From an uncultured Phycisphaerales bacterium (GTDB lineage: Bacteria > Planctomycetota > Phycisphaerae > Sedimentisphaerales > Anaerobacaceae): a DNA stretch of 64,000 nucleotides. The notes below the pieces were generated by a model. That model worked only from the letters and a program-made list of their open reading frames with translations. It was not told the origin of the DNA and made no database searches. This document shows, in pieces, positions 47,953-58,599 of this stretch (position 1 is its first letter; every line of letters begins with the position of its first letter). Made by a program: the position numbers and the translations under genes. The stretch covers positions 160,001-224,000 of the forward strand of contig CAVYYI010000003.1 of NCBI GenBank assembly GCA_963772725.1, given 5' to 3'.

Positions 47953-49656
47953 TTATTTACAGAGAGTATGATTTGCAGGGGGATGATTTGTAACCAGCCA
48001 GCGTTCAGCATTTTTGCCAATAATATATATTGTGCAGCCGTTTATTTTTTTTAAGGTGTCAAGTTTTTTCTGACCGCTGACAAGGCAATAAACACGCTGA
48101 GGGGAAACCATCAAATCCGCAAGCTGCTTAATGCTTTCTGGTGACGTCTCGCTGAACCTTTCCAATTCAGCGGTGTCGGTGTAGAAAATAAATGAGGGTT
48201 GCACAGAGGTAAAAAAACAGATTTTGCTGTAAGAAGCTTGTCCCGGAGGAATCAGCCTTGCCAGCGCACGCGTGCTCCTCATTTCATATATATCTATAGC
48301 TGTATGACCGAAGGCTAACAAATACAGAGTTGTAATGCCGGCAAACATCCAGATAATAAACCGTGTCTGATGGTCGGTACGCAAATATTTTATCATTTGC
48401 CATACAGAAAAAATAATTATCGCTGCTGGAATAAAAATCCAAAGGTCGATACTTTTGAGATATATCTCCAAACCGATTAAAAATGCTAACATTATAGATA
48501 AAGTAACAACAAAACCTTTGCCGGCGTTTTTCATGGCCTTATTCATCGCATCAGCCGAAATCCATTCTCCGATAAGCCCACCCATCAATACCGCCAGCGG
48601 CGGAAACGCGGGAACGATATAACCGGCCATTTTTGTACGGCTGAACGAGAAAAATAGTATTGTTACAATTGCAGACAGCCAAAGCAGCAATATTAAGGGA
48701 CTGTCGGCCCGCGTACGCCATCGTCGGGGAAAATATTTTTCAATAGCGGCGGGGAAATAAACTGTCCAAGGCAACAGGCCTCCTAAAAGTATCACGATAT
48801 ATAAAATACCAGGCCAATGATGTCCTAATGAATTTCCAGCGTAACGCTCAAGGTTATGATGGATGAAGAATTCATAAACATAATTAGGCTCCCGAAGGCT
48901 TATTGCTACATACCACGGTGCGGCGATAAGCAGATATAAAGTGATGCCGGGCAAATAAAAGAACTTTATAATTTGGCGATACCGCCTGCTCAGAATCAGC
49001 CAGGACAAAATGATAAGTACCGGCAAAACGATACCTACGGGGCCCTTGAAGAGAGTCGCAATTCCGCAGAAGAAATAAAAACCCAGCCAGCCTCGCCTGC
49101 GATGAGATTTGCCGCCGTCTGTTTCAAAAAGACTTTCACTTCGCCAGAACCACCAAATTGCCGCCCATATACCGGCTGTAAAAGGCATATCCATACGAAA
49201 CCATCGTGCGACAAAAAGGAACTCGGCGCTAGTCGCCAGTATTAATCCGGCAATCAATCCGGCAGCAGCATTGAATAACTGCCTGGCAAAAAAATATGTT
49301 ATTATTACTACCGCTATACCACCTATCGCAGCTACGAGTCTGCCGCTCAATTCAACGTTATCTGTAAGTTTCATCGCGGCTATGGTAAGCCAGAAAAACG
49401 GCGCCGGTTTATCATAGTACACTTCGCCGTCGAGATGAGGCACAATCCAGTCTCCAAACCTTTGCATATCCGCAGCTATGACCGCGCAGCGGGACTCATC
49501 CGGGTCCATTAATGGAAGTGAGCCTGCTCGAATTAGAAACAGCAATGCTGAAACTACGATGAGCAGGGTAACATGCGTTGCTGCCTGGTAAGGCATGCAA
49601 ACATACCATCGAAGCAGTTTATTTTTTATAAATTGATAAGATACCGGATAGTTCAT
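47953..49656 (-). CDS. ArnT/PMT-like GT-C glycosyltransferase
   Basis: DPDESRC, YYDKPAPFFW, RMDMPFT, LFKGPVG and TKMAGYIVP; many TM helices. Confidence 0.88.
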   Translation of the reverse strand: MNYPVSYQFIKNKLLRWYVCMPYQAATHVTLLIVVSALLFLIRAGSLPLMDPDESRCAVIAADMQRFGDWIVPHLDGEVYYDKPAPFFWLTIAAMKLTDNVELSGRLVAAIGGIAVVIITYFFARQLFNAAAGLIAGLILATSAEFLFVARWFRMDMPFTAGIWAAIWWFWRSESLFETDGGKSHRRRGWLGFYFFCGIATLFKGPVGIVLPVLIILSWLILSRRYRQIIKFFYLPGITLYLLIAAPWYVAISLREPNYVYEFFIHHNLERYAGNSLGHHWPGILYIVILLGGLLPWTVYFPAAIEKYFPRRWRTRADSPLILLLWLSAIVTILFFSFSRTKMAGYIVPAFPPLAVLMGGLIGEWISADAMNKAMKNAGKGFVVTLSIMLAFLIGLEIYLKSIDLWIFIPAAIIIFSVWQMIKYLRTDHQTRFIIWMFAGITTLYLLAFGHTAIDIYEMRSTRALARLIPPGQASYSKICFFTSVQPSFIFYTDTAELERFSETSPESIKQLADLMVSPQRVYCLVSGQKKLDTLKKINGCTIYIIGKNAERWLVTNHPPANHTLCK

Positions 49657-49735
49657 TTCTAATCTTTTGCCTATAAAATTAATATACTTTTACCATCAAA
49701 TCCCGCGTGTAGTCAAGAGTGTTCTAAGTTTAAAG

Positions 49736-51271
49736 GTAATGGGTCAGTTATGGGTGGGCAGGTGCATGTTATGATGAGTCGTGACGGAGGAGAACTTTGG
49801 AAAGGTCTATATCAGGCTGTTCGGCAAGTTTGTCGAGGGCAGACTTGAAGGCATCAACAACATCCGGACATCTTTTTCGCATAGTATGTAATACCGTCAT
49901 AAGAATCTCACGCGTTTTTGCCCCATCTTCAGATTGAGAGCCGAAACTTATCTTTCTGGCAATAACAAGCGGACGCAGTTCCCGTTCAGCCAAATTGTTA
50001 TCTGCCGGTACCTTACGGTCATCGGCCCAGTGGTAAAGCCTATCGGCCTTTTCACGAAAAATATCCTGCATATTCTGGATGGCCGGATGGTTGGCATGGT
50101 GATTAACAATATCGATGATGGCTCTCTTAATTTTAGCTGCCTGCCGCTTAAACTGTCGGTCTGTTATATCTAATGTGCGAAGGCTGATTGCATTAGCCAA
50201 CTGGGAGACCAACGCTTCAACGAAAGACCTGATTTCCACGTTTTCGGGAAAATCTTTTTCCAAATCCTTAACATTACGCAATAGATGTGCATAACAATAT
50301 TGAATCTTACAAGGCATCCTATTGTAGCCGTTATAGCGATCCACAACCAGAACACCCGGCAAGGGCTTTTCGCCAAAAACCTCTTTGGCTACACGGGCAG
50401 AACGGCTGGAGCGGAATCGAAAGATACTAATATCAGGCGTGCAAAACAGCCACGAGAAACCGTTCTGGCCGTCTGTCCGCCAACCAGTCTCATCAGCGTG
50501 CTTAACAGCGGCCTTGCGATAGTCTTCTATGAGTGATTTGGGAACATCTTTCAATATCCCTGCCAACTGGTGCAAAGCGTCAACTATACTGCTGTAGCCG
50601 ATGCCTGTTTGTTTTTCTATCTGACCCAGTGTATTGCCATAGATATAGTGCTGTACTGCCACATAGACAAGCAGATTATTCGAATATAAACACTTTGGCA
50701 GAACACCAGGAGGTTTGGCGGCAACTACCTTTTGGCATCGCGGACAATACTTGCGTTCCAAATTATACAGAAGCTTTTTTATCTTAACAGGCTGGCAATC
50801 AATTACCGCTCGTTGTCTTGTGCCTTTGTTCTCCAAAACGCTTCCGCAATCAGGGCATATATCGGCTGCCTCAACCCTTTGCACATAGTCCGCATCTTTT
50901 TCACAGACACCGGTTCTGCCGTGACCTTTATGACCTGTTCTGCCTCCGCCGCAATTATTTGTGTGTTCTATCTGACAATTCGGCTTAATGGGAATTTTAG
51001 CGGATGGCGTGGATGAGCCGAAAAAACCTTCTTGGGCTGTCCTTTCCTTGTGTCGTAATTTTGCCTTGAGTGAAACTATCTGTTCCTGAAGCTCATCGAT
51101 TTTACGTTGTTTTTCAAGGCATTGCTGACAGTAAATCATCTGCGTTTATTCCCGATTTGTTTGTCTTATCTCATCAAACTGTGGATTTTATCGGAAATCC
51201 TACGCCATAAACTTGAGGACCTTAATACTTACAGCAAAATCAATATCTCCCACCCATAACTGACCCATTAC
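49736..51271 (-). mobile_element. complete single-ORF IS66-family element (ISBst12-like, 1536 bp)
   Basis: Perfect 23-bp TIR GTAATGGGTCAGTTATGGGTGGG; 8-bp target duplication GTTTAAAG at 49728-49735 and 51272-51279. Confidence 0.95.
49769..51139 (-). CDS. IS66-family transposase TnpC
   Basis: Coiled coil, CPDCG..CPRC zinc finger, HADETGW, VVDRY, QYCYAHLLR and DNNLAERELRP..RKISFG. Confidence 0.93.
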   Translation of the reverse strand: MIYCQQCLEKQRKIDELQEQIVSLKAKLRHKERTAQEGFFGSSTPSAKIPIKPNCQIEHTNNCGGGRTGHKGHGRTGVCEKDADYVQRVEAADICPDCGSVLENKGTRQRAVIDCQPVKIKKLLYNLERKYCPRCQKVVAAKPPGVLPKCLYSNNLLVYVAVQHYIYGNTLGQIEKQTGIGYSSIVDALHQLAGILKDVPKSLIEDYRKAAVKHADETGWRTDGQNGFSWLFCTPDISIFRFRSSRSARVAKEVFGEKPLPGVLVVDRYNGYNRMPCKIQYCYAHLLRNVKDLEKDFPENVEIRSFVEALVSQLANAISLRTLDITDRQFKRQAAKIKRAIIDIVNHHANHPAIQNMQDIFREKADRLYHWADDRKVPADNNLAERELRPLVIARKISFGSQSEDGAKTREILMTVLHTMRKRCPDVVDAFKSALDKLAEQPDIDLSKVLLRHDSS

Positions 51272-51362
51272 GTTTAAAGCTTTATGAAAATTTCGCCAAA
51301 AACTTGGAGCCATTACAAAATCTGATTGAATTCACTGCTTTTGCGGTTTAGAATCTCCGTCA

Positions 51363-52212
51363 GTGGAAAGAAAAGTTATAATAAATGCGGATGATTTCGG
51401 GCTTTGTCAGGGTGTGAACAAAGGCATAGTCGAGGCGCACATTAACGGCATACTTACAAGTGCGACAATAATGGCCAATATGCCATGGGCTGAGGATGCC
51501 GTCAGCTTAGCCAAACAATTGCCGAATCTCGGCACAGGGATTCATCTCAATCTTTCGATGGGAAGTCCACTATCAAATGGCGCCAAAATAGACTACCTCG
51601 TCGATTCCGCTGGCCTATTCAAATGTTCGGCCGCTAAACTGTCTATCCTCTCCGCAACAAGTATTAAAGCCAGAAAAGCCATCTTCAGCGAACTATCCGC
51701 ACAGGTTCAATGGGTAATCGACAAAGGGCTAAAACCAACACACCTTGATTCACATAAACATATCCACAGTTTTCCAACAATGTTTCCTCTGGTCTGTAAA
51801 CTCGCACACAAATTCGGGATACCAGCGATTAGATGGACTTATGAGCCGAAAGCTGTCTGCCGAATGCCCTGGCCTGTGCATAGCGACGGCGGGTTAAACA
51901 GGGCGAGAACTCTCCGGATTATGGCAAAAATAAATCGTCTGCAGAACTCGAAACTGCTCAAAACATCCGCTCTTTTAGGAATTGCCCATACTGGAAAAAT
52001 AAATGTGGACTTTTTCAGGGCGGTGGTGTTATATGGTTCGGTTGCAACGGTGGAAGTTATGACCCATCCCGGATTTACCAACGGCATAGACAGAAACCAA
52101 ACAAGGCTTGTCGAGCAGCGAAAAGTCGAACTCGAACGCACTTTGCAGTGAAAAAACAAAAAAATATTTTGTTGAGGCCGGTATAAAGCTGGTACATTAT
52201 GGACAGATATAA
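51363..52212 (+). CDS. YdjC/ChbG/HpnK-family carbohydrate deacetylase (frameshift near 52137)
   Basis: IINADDFG, GIHLNL, THLDSHKHIH and EVMTHPG; C-terminus ALCSEKTKKYFVEAGIKLVHYGQI in the next frame. Confidence 0.9.
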
Positions 52213-53176
52213 TAACGCTGATATTGATTGCTCGGTAGTCGTTCCTCTTTACAACGAATCATCCGTGGCGGAAGAACTTTACGCACGACTGACCAAAACG
52301 ATGTCCGCAACAGGCCTCAGTTACGAGCTTATTTTCGTAGATGACGGCAGTCTCGATAATACGCTCGAACTGATAAAGACCATCGCCGAAAAAGACAACA
52401 AAGTGGTCGTGGTCGAACTTCGCCGAAATTTCGGCCAGACTCCCGCTCTGGCCGCCGGTTTTGACAACGCAAAAGGCCGGATAATAATATCGATGGATGG
52501 CGATTTGCAGCACGCTCCGGAAGAAATTCCCAACTTCATCGAGAAAATCGAAGCGGGCTACGATGTCGTCAGCGGCTGGCGAAAACACAGAGTCGATAAC
52601 CTCGTCATGCGAAAGATACCCAGCAGGATAGCAAACTGGCTCGCCTCAAAAATCAGCGGTGTCGATATCCACGACTTTGGCACTACATTCAAGGCCTACA
52701 AACGAGAGATAATCGAGGAACTGAACCTCTACGGAGAAATGCACAGGTTTATACCCGCGCTGCTCTCACAAAAAGGCGCAAAAATTATCGAGATACCCAT
52801 TCAGAATATTGTTCGCCCGAAAGGCTCAAGCAACTATGGAATTTCCAGAACATTCAGAGTCACTTTGGATTTGATAACGCTTAGATTTGTCCTTGGCTAC
52901 ATAACAAGACCGCTCCATTTTTTCGGCAGAGGTGCTATGTTTTGCATAACGACAGCGTTTTTGATGGGATTATATATTCTGTTCGATAAGTTTTTTTATC
53001 ACGTGCCTATTTTTGTTGCGCACGGTCCTTTGGCACTGCTTGCCGTAATGCTTCTGCTCGTCGGTTCCATCTTTATCACAACCGGACTTATAGGCGAAAT
53101 GGTCAGCAGGGTTTATTTCGAGGCGACAGATAAAAAAATATATTCAGTGCGCAAAGTATATCGCAAAAAAATGTGA
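52199..53176 (+). CDS. GT2 polyprenol-phosphate glycosyltransferase (ArnC/GtrB-like)
   Basis: VVVPLYNE, FVDDGS, RNFGQTPA, MDGDLQH and GEMHRFIP; two C-terminal TM helices. Confidence 0.92.
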   Translation: MDRYNNADIDCSVVVPLYNESSVAEELYARLTKTMSATGLSYELIFVDDGSLDNTLELIKTIAEKDNKVVVVELRRNFGQTPALAAGFDNAKGRIIISMDGDLQHAPEEIPNFIEKIEAGYDVVSGWRKHRVDNLVMRKIPSRIANWLASKISGVDIHDFGTTFKAYKREIIEELNLYGEMHRFIPALLSQKGAKIIEIPIQNIVRPKGSSNYGISRTFRVTLDLITLRFVLGYITRPLHFFGRGAMFCITTAFLMGLYILFDKFFYHVPIFVAHGPLALLAVMLLLVGSIFITTGLIGEMVSRVYFEATDKKIYSVRKVYRKKM

Positions 53177-53193
53177 GACGGAGTAAGAAGGTA

Positions 53194-53736
53194 ATGAAAA
53201 AAAAGAAAAGCCTATTAAATTTAGTATTAGCTGTCCTGATAATAGCCGGGGCGATAACCCTTTTGGTTCGGCACTTTCATATCAAGGATTTTCGCATAAT
53301 AAAAGATGAGGTGCTTTATATTTCTGATCAGCCGCGGGGAATGGACTATACGCGCCTTTTGTATAACCATCATATCACGACAATAGTGAATGTTCGTGAC
53401 GAGTCTGAACATCTGGAAATAAACTGGCGAAATGAGGAAATAAACTGGACCAAAAATAACGGCGTAAATTACATCGAATTACCCATTAATAGAAAAGATT
53501 ATTTCCCGGATAAGCAGACCCAGCAGCGGTTTATCGAGATAATGTCCGAAAAGAAAAATCTGCCCGTACTTTTGCACGGAAGCGGAGATGATAAACGGGT
53601 TGCCATGCTCATGGCTGTATGGTTAAAAACACAGGGGTGCACTTCCGAAGAAGTTCTTAAAACCATCCATAAAATTATTGATGACAGAAAACTGACCGAT
53701 GCCGAAAAGAAATTCATTGAGAATCCGGCAGACTAA
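53194..53736 (+). CDS. membrane-anchored PTP/DSP-fold protein lacking the catalytic Cys
   Basis: LYISDQP, TTIVNVR, E..W..NGVNYIELP; P-loop PVLLHGSGDDKR. Confidence 0.7.
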   Translation: MKKKKSLLNLVLAVLIIAGAITLLVRHFHIKDFRIIKDEVLYISDQPRGMDYTRLLYNHHITTIVNVRDESEHLEINWRNEEINWTKNNGVNYIELPINRKDYFPDKQTQQRFIEIMSEKKNLPVLLHGSGDDKRVAMLMAVWLKTQGCTSEEVLKTIHKIIDDRKLTDAEKKFIENPAD

Positions 53737-55385
53737 TTTCCCGTATTCGCATTTTTAACAGGCGTGGCGGATTTATTGCAAAGTATCCCGCCGGCATCTT
53801 CTTTTTCTTTTTTATTAACGTTTACTTGTCTTTGATAGACCACTCTGAATCGGCCGTCCTTGACTAATTCTTCTGAATAAATGGAAAAGCCCCCTATCCA
53901 ATAACCGTCTTTATATAACTCATAAAGTTCCGATATGTTATCCTTCCCATGCACCGGCCTGCCGAAATACTGAACAAACCTGCTTGAGGCTGCCTTATAG
54001 AAAACCAGTTTATCTGAAGGAGGGACTATTCGTGCTGCTGTTTGCGCAAATTCCCTCGCGTATAAATTATCATCCCCATAAGACCAGAACATGCCATAAT
54101 AAACCATATACCAGATTATAATGCCGCCAAAAATACCAATAGCGCCTAAACCAAATTTCCTTTTTGAAAAGAAAATAGCGATGACGATAATCATCGCTAT
54201 CGCTATACCCGCGACAATCCCTGTATCCGCGGCTAATGAACGATATCTTGCAGCAATATATACGACCGCACCTACCGCTCCGACGGCTAAACCCGTAAGA
54301 TGAAGTTTGAGAATATTTTTACTGAAAATCGCCGTATATGCCTTACGCGTAAATATCATGTCATCCAGCGTTATACCGATAAGTATCGCCAGCGCCGGCA
54401 TATAAGGCAAAATATAGTGCTGACGTTTACCCTGGTCTATCGTCAGAAATATAAACCCAGCTGCGAACAGCATCCATAAATATTTCATTAGCCGCTGCTT
54501 TTCTTCCCAAACCTTGAAAAACGGTGCACACAACGCTATCGGCACAAAAATCACCCACGGCACTATATACTTGAACATTATAAGGAAATAATAAAATATA
54601 GGATAATGCCCAGGGACATATTCACCAAAAAACCGGTCGAAAAATTCACGTTTCCACAAAACCAAATCCCAGTTTACTCGCTGAGCTATAACTAACGGCC
54701 ACGGCAAAATAATAGCCAGCATAATAACAGGCCCTGTAATCGGAAGCAGCTTCGGAATGAACTTCCACAGCTTATTTGCCGCGACATAACAAAACAGCGG
54801 AAACAGCACTAACGGAAGCGGCGCCGGCCCCTTAGCCAGATTCCCAAGCGACATGCTCACCCAGAAAATCAGCATATATACAATCTGCTCTTTTCTGTTT
54901 TGTGTGTTTATCGCCGCGTAAAATGTAAAAAAGCACAGCAGCATAAAAGATGACATTACTGTATCCGACCGCGGATTTTGCGCAAAACGAATATAAGACA
55001 TCGATGTCAGCCATACGCACGTCGCTACCGCCGCAGTTCTTAATGGCAGCCATTTCCTCAAAAAATAAAGCATCATCCCCGCAGATAAAAAGAAGAAAAC
55101 CGCGCGAGGCAGCCTTGCGGTGAATTCATCAATCGTCCCCGTTATTTTTGCCGCTATTGCCACAAGCCAGTAACAAAGAGGGGTTTTTTGAAGCCTAAGA
55201 CTCCCGTTGAGCGTAGGCATAACCCAGTCGTTTCTCTTGAGCATCTCACGCGCCGCCACTGAAACAAAACATTCGTGGCTATCCAGCGTTTTCGCTGATA
55301 GCATCCAGAATGCGCCTATCGCGGCAATAAGTAATACCCCGCAGATAACTAAAACTTTAACTTTCCTGTCTTCAATATTCAGCAT
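53733..55385 (-). CDS. second ArnT/PMT-like GT-C glycosyltransferase
   Basis: DSHEC..AREM, RLQKTPLCYW, ARLP, LAKGPAP and KRQHYILP. Confidence 0.86.
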   Translation of the reverse strand: MLNIEDRKVKVLVICGVLLIAAIGAFWMLSAKTLDSHECFVSVAAREMLKRNDWVMPTLNGSLRLQKTPLCYWLVAIAAKITGTIDEFTARLPRAVFFFLSAGMMLYFLRKWLPLRTAAVATCVWLTSMSYIRFAQNPRSDTVMSSFMLLCFFTFYAAINTQNRKEQIVYMLIFWVSMSLGNLAKGPAPLPLVLFPLFCYVAANKLWKFIPKLLPITGPVIMLAIILPWPLVIAQRVNWDLVLWKREFFDRFFGEYVPGHYPIFYYFLIMFKYIVPWVIFVPIALCAPFFKVWEEKQRLMKYLWMLFAAGFIFLTIDQGKRQHYILPYMPALAILIGITLDDMIFTRKAYTAIFSKNILKLHLTGLAVGAVGAVVYIAARYRSLAADTGIVAGIAIAMIIVIAIFFSKRKFGLGAIGIFGGIIIWYMVYYGMFWSYGDDNLYAREFAQTAARIVPPSDKLVFYKAASSRFVQYFGRPVHGKDNISELYELYKDGYWIGGFSIYSEELVKDGRFRVVYQRQVNVNKKEKEDAGGILCNKSATPVKNANTGN

Positions 55386-55451
55386 ACATGGCTATCCCCT
55401 TCCGCTTTTCAGATTGAAATTAAGCAGTAGGTTTTTCACATAAATAAGGAA

Positions 55452-55775
55452 TCATTTTTTATTTTCTTTCGCGGCGGTATTGCGTTCAGCCTTGGTTTTG
55501 CGTGAAATCAAATGAAGATTACGCAAGTAAATCAGAGAATTAACTGAAAAACCCAGGATAAATACCGGCTCTTTCCGGTGAATACTGTACACAAGCAGAA
55601 TGAAACTGCCCACCAGCGAAAAATACCAGAACGATATCGGTATATACGACATCTTCTTTAATTCACTGGCCAGCCATTGAATTACAAATCGGCCGAGAAA
55701 GGTTGCCTGCCCCGCAAGCCCGACGGTTGTCCAAATAGGGTCTTTAGCAATTTCCGAAAAAAATGAATCGAACAT
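55452..55775 (-). CDS. lipid-A-biosynthesis N-terminal (LAB_N) domain protein
   Basis: GQATFLGRFVIQWLASE..IPISFWYFSLVG..Y..KEPVFILG..IYLRNL. Confidence 0.88.
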   Translation of the reverse strand: MFDSFFSEIAKDPIWTTVGLAGQATFLGRFVIQWLASELKKMSYIPISFWYFSLVGSFILLVYSIHRKEPVFILGFSVNSLIYLRNLHLISRKTKAERNTAAKENKK

Positions 55776-56026
55776 AATTTTCTCCTGCTTTCAGAATACG
55801 AACTGAAATATCACAAATCTGTTCTTGTTATATGCTGACTTCTCAAGTTGACTGGGTTTTATATAAGATATTTATTTATAAGATGTTACGACAGCATACA
55901 AAATGTTCAAAAACAAAAATTTTGTTGTTGGCCAGAAAACATAACTTTTTGCCAATACTATAGTTACGAAAATAACCTAAATATTTTTGCCGATTAAAAA
56001 GCAAAAAATCAGTCAACTTGAGTGAC

Positions 56027-57388
56027 TTATTTTATCAGTTCGATAATTTTCTGCAAATCGTTCGGTGCTTCTATCGGCGGATTACTAAATTGCCCCTGCT
56101 TTTCCTTGTGATAACTAACAGTTACATTCGGGTCTTTAAGCGCATGGCCGGTCAGAACGCACGCAACCCGCTGGTCTTTTCCAATTGTGTCGTTGGCCAG
56201 AAGATGCTTTAAGCCCGCGATAGTCGCTGCCGATGCCGGCTCACAGCCCAGACCGTATTTGCCGATAAGTGCTTTGGCGTCCCGAATTTCGTCATCCGTT
56301 ACCGCCAGCACCACCCCGTCGCAAACGTCAATTGCCCTCAGGCACTTTTTCAAATTTACCGGGCGGGAAATCTCTATCGCTGAGGCTATCGTGTGAGGCG
56401 AAAACTTCCTCGCTGTCAAATCGGCGTAATAATTATCTATAATTTTCTGGTCAACCTTTCCGTTATTCCATTTCAGCTTCTTGTTATTGACCATATCGGT
56501 AAGCGTATCGGCACCGGAGGCATTGATAATCGCCATTCGGGGGACTTTTTTAATCAGGCCAAGCTGTTTTAATTCCGAAAAGGCTTTGCCGAACGCGCTG
56601 GAGTTGCCCAGGTTTCCGCCCGGCACGATAATCCAGTCCGGAACCTCCCAGCCGAGTTGCTCGATGATGCGGTACATTATCGTCTTTTGTCCTTCGAGTC
56701 TGAAGGGATTGAGCGAATTCAGCAGATACAGCCCAAGCTTTGTGCATACATCCTGAACCTGCCGCATACAGTCGTCGAAGTCGCCCAGTATCTGAATCGT
56801 CTGCGCCCCGTAATCCATTGCCTGGCTCAGTTTTCCGAACGCAATCCTGCCCGAACCGATAAAAACCGTACATTTCATCCCGCAGTGATGGGCGTATAAT
56901 GCTACCGCCGCCGATGTGTTGCCCGTCGATGCGCAGTGCAGGATTTCGCTCCAACCATCATCGCGTGGCTGAACGCCGCGGTCATTCCGTTATCTTTGAA
57001 AGAGCCGGAAGGATTCAGGCCTTCATATTGTAGGTATAAGGAGTTGGGATTCATGCCAAAATGTTTGGCGATGGCGCAGTTCTGTTGCGAGAATTGTCTG
57101 CCCCTCGCCAAGCGTTACCTTGTAATTATCCGGGCAGAAATTGAGAAGTTCGCGAAACCGCCACACGCCCGAAAAGTCCAGCCGGTTGCTTCTGGTTGCC
57201 CAGCGTTTGGCGAAATCGCTGATTTTGGCGGGTACTTGTGCCTTGTCCCAGTCGTATTGTATGTCCAGTAATTCGCCGCACTTAGGGCATTTGAACATAT
57301 CCTGACCGCAGTCAAACGTCGCACCGCAATCAGGATTAATACATTTTTGATAAGCCGTCTCTGCCTGTTTCGATTTCACTTTTGCCAT
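56027..57388 (-). CDS. thrC: threonine synthase (frameshifted)
   Basis: SGVWRFRE, EGLNPSGSFKDNGM, LNSLNPFRLEGQKT, VPGGNLGN, CEPASAA and LTGHALKDP. Confidence 0.93.
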
Positions 57389-57511
57389 CTGTCAAATTCC
57401 TGTCCGTTAACCATTTTCCGTACATACATTTTCCCGCAAATTATAATTGATATGTTCAAATTTTGGTATAAAAAAACTACCTGCTCGAGGCGCAAAGGTA
57501 CAAAGAAATTA

Positions 57512-57559
57512 TAATTACAGATTTCACAGTTTTTTATTTAATCAGTGTCATCAGCGTAA
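57512..57559. repeat. 9-nt-periodic intergenic repeat, related to copies at 63563-63626 and 35521-35552
   Basis: GATTTCACAGTTTTTTATTTAATCAGTGTCATCAGCGTAA closely matches the reverse complement of 63570-63609. Confidence 0.65.
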
Positions 57560-57597
57560 CTTGTGCTACGTAGCTAACTACTTCGCAGAGTAGCATC

Positions 57598-58524
57598 TTA
57601 GTGATTAAAAAATTTTGGGGCACGGGAGAGGATTTGGTCATCCGAATCGTCTTCGGAGATATCCAGCCAGTTTACGTTTTTGAAGGTTTTAAACCATGTG
57701 CGCTGATGTTTGGCCAGGTAGCGGGAATTTTTCTTTATTAGTTCAACGGCGTCGTCGAGAGGTATTTTGCCGTTGAGGTAGTCGATGATTTCGGCGTAGC
57801 CGATAGCGCAGGCGGCCTGCATGCTAAGGGGTTTGGGCTCAGCCAGCAGCGATTTGACTTCATCGACGAGGCCCTGCTCGAGCATTCGTTTTACCCGCAG
57901 GTTGATTCGATGGCTTTCAACGGCTTTGTCTCTGCGCAGGCCGATAATTGTCCAGTTGTTTTGGGCGGCTTGGTCGTCCCACTGCTGCTGAAAATCGGAG
58001 ATGGGTTTTCCGGTAAGCTCATAAACTTCCAGCGCTCGGATGATTCGCTTAGAGTCGTTGGGATGAATCCGCTGGGCAGACTGCGGGTCAAGCTTTGATA
58101 ATTCCTCATGAAGTTTGAGAAGACCTTCTGCTTGTTCTCTTTGCCGGAGTTTTTCGCGGATTTGCGAATCGCAGCCCGGGCCGTCGAATAAACCATAGAG
58201 TAGCGACTTTATATAAAGAGCGGTGCCGCCAACAGCGACAACAGGTTTGCCGCGGGATTGGATATCTTCTATTGTTTTTTGCGCCTGTTCGAGGAAAGTG
58301 CCGACGCTGAATGATTCGCTAGGTTCGACAATATCAATTAGATGGTATGGAATTGCGGCGCAGGCCTCTTTGGAAGGTTTGGCTGTGCCTATATCCATCC
58401 TTCGATAGACCTTCATCGAGTCTATGCTTATAATCTCCGCATCAAGGTCGCGGGCGATATTGAAGGCCAATCGTCCCTTACCGGAGGCTGTTACGCCCAG
58501 AATTAGTATCAAATTACTGTTCAT
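57598..58524 (-). CDS. miaA: tRNA dimethylallyltransferase
   Basis: GVTASGK, ISIDSMKVYRRMDIGTAKP, VGGTALY, RIIRALEV and AKHQRTWF. Confidence 0.96.
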   Translation of the reverse strand: MNSNLILILGVTASGKGRLAFNIARDLDAEIISIDSMKVYRRMDIGTAKPSKEACAAIPYHLIDIVEPSESFSVGTFLEQAQKTIEDIQSRGKPVVAVGGTALYIKSLLYGLFDGPGCDSQIREKLRQREQAEGLLKLHEELSKLDPQSAQRIHPNDSKRIIRALEVYELTGKPISDFQQQWDDQAAQNNWTIIGLRRDKAVESHRINLRVKRMLEQGLVDEVKSLLAEPKPLSMQAACAIGYAEIIDYLNGKIPLDDAVELIKKNSRYLAKHQRTWFKTFKNVNWLDISEDDSDDQILSRAPKFFNH

Positions 58525-58599
58525 AATTTACAAAAATACTGTAAAAATCTTTGAAAAACCATATAATACGAAAAAAACACTAATAAGTGAATAGAAGAT

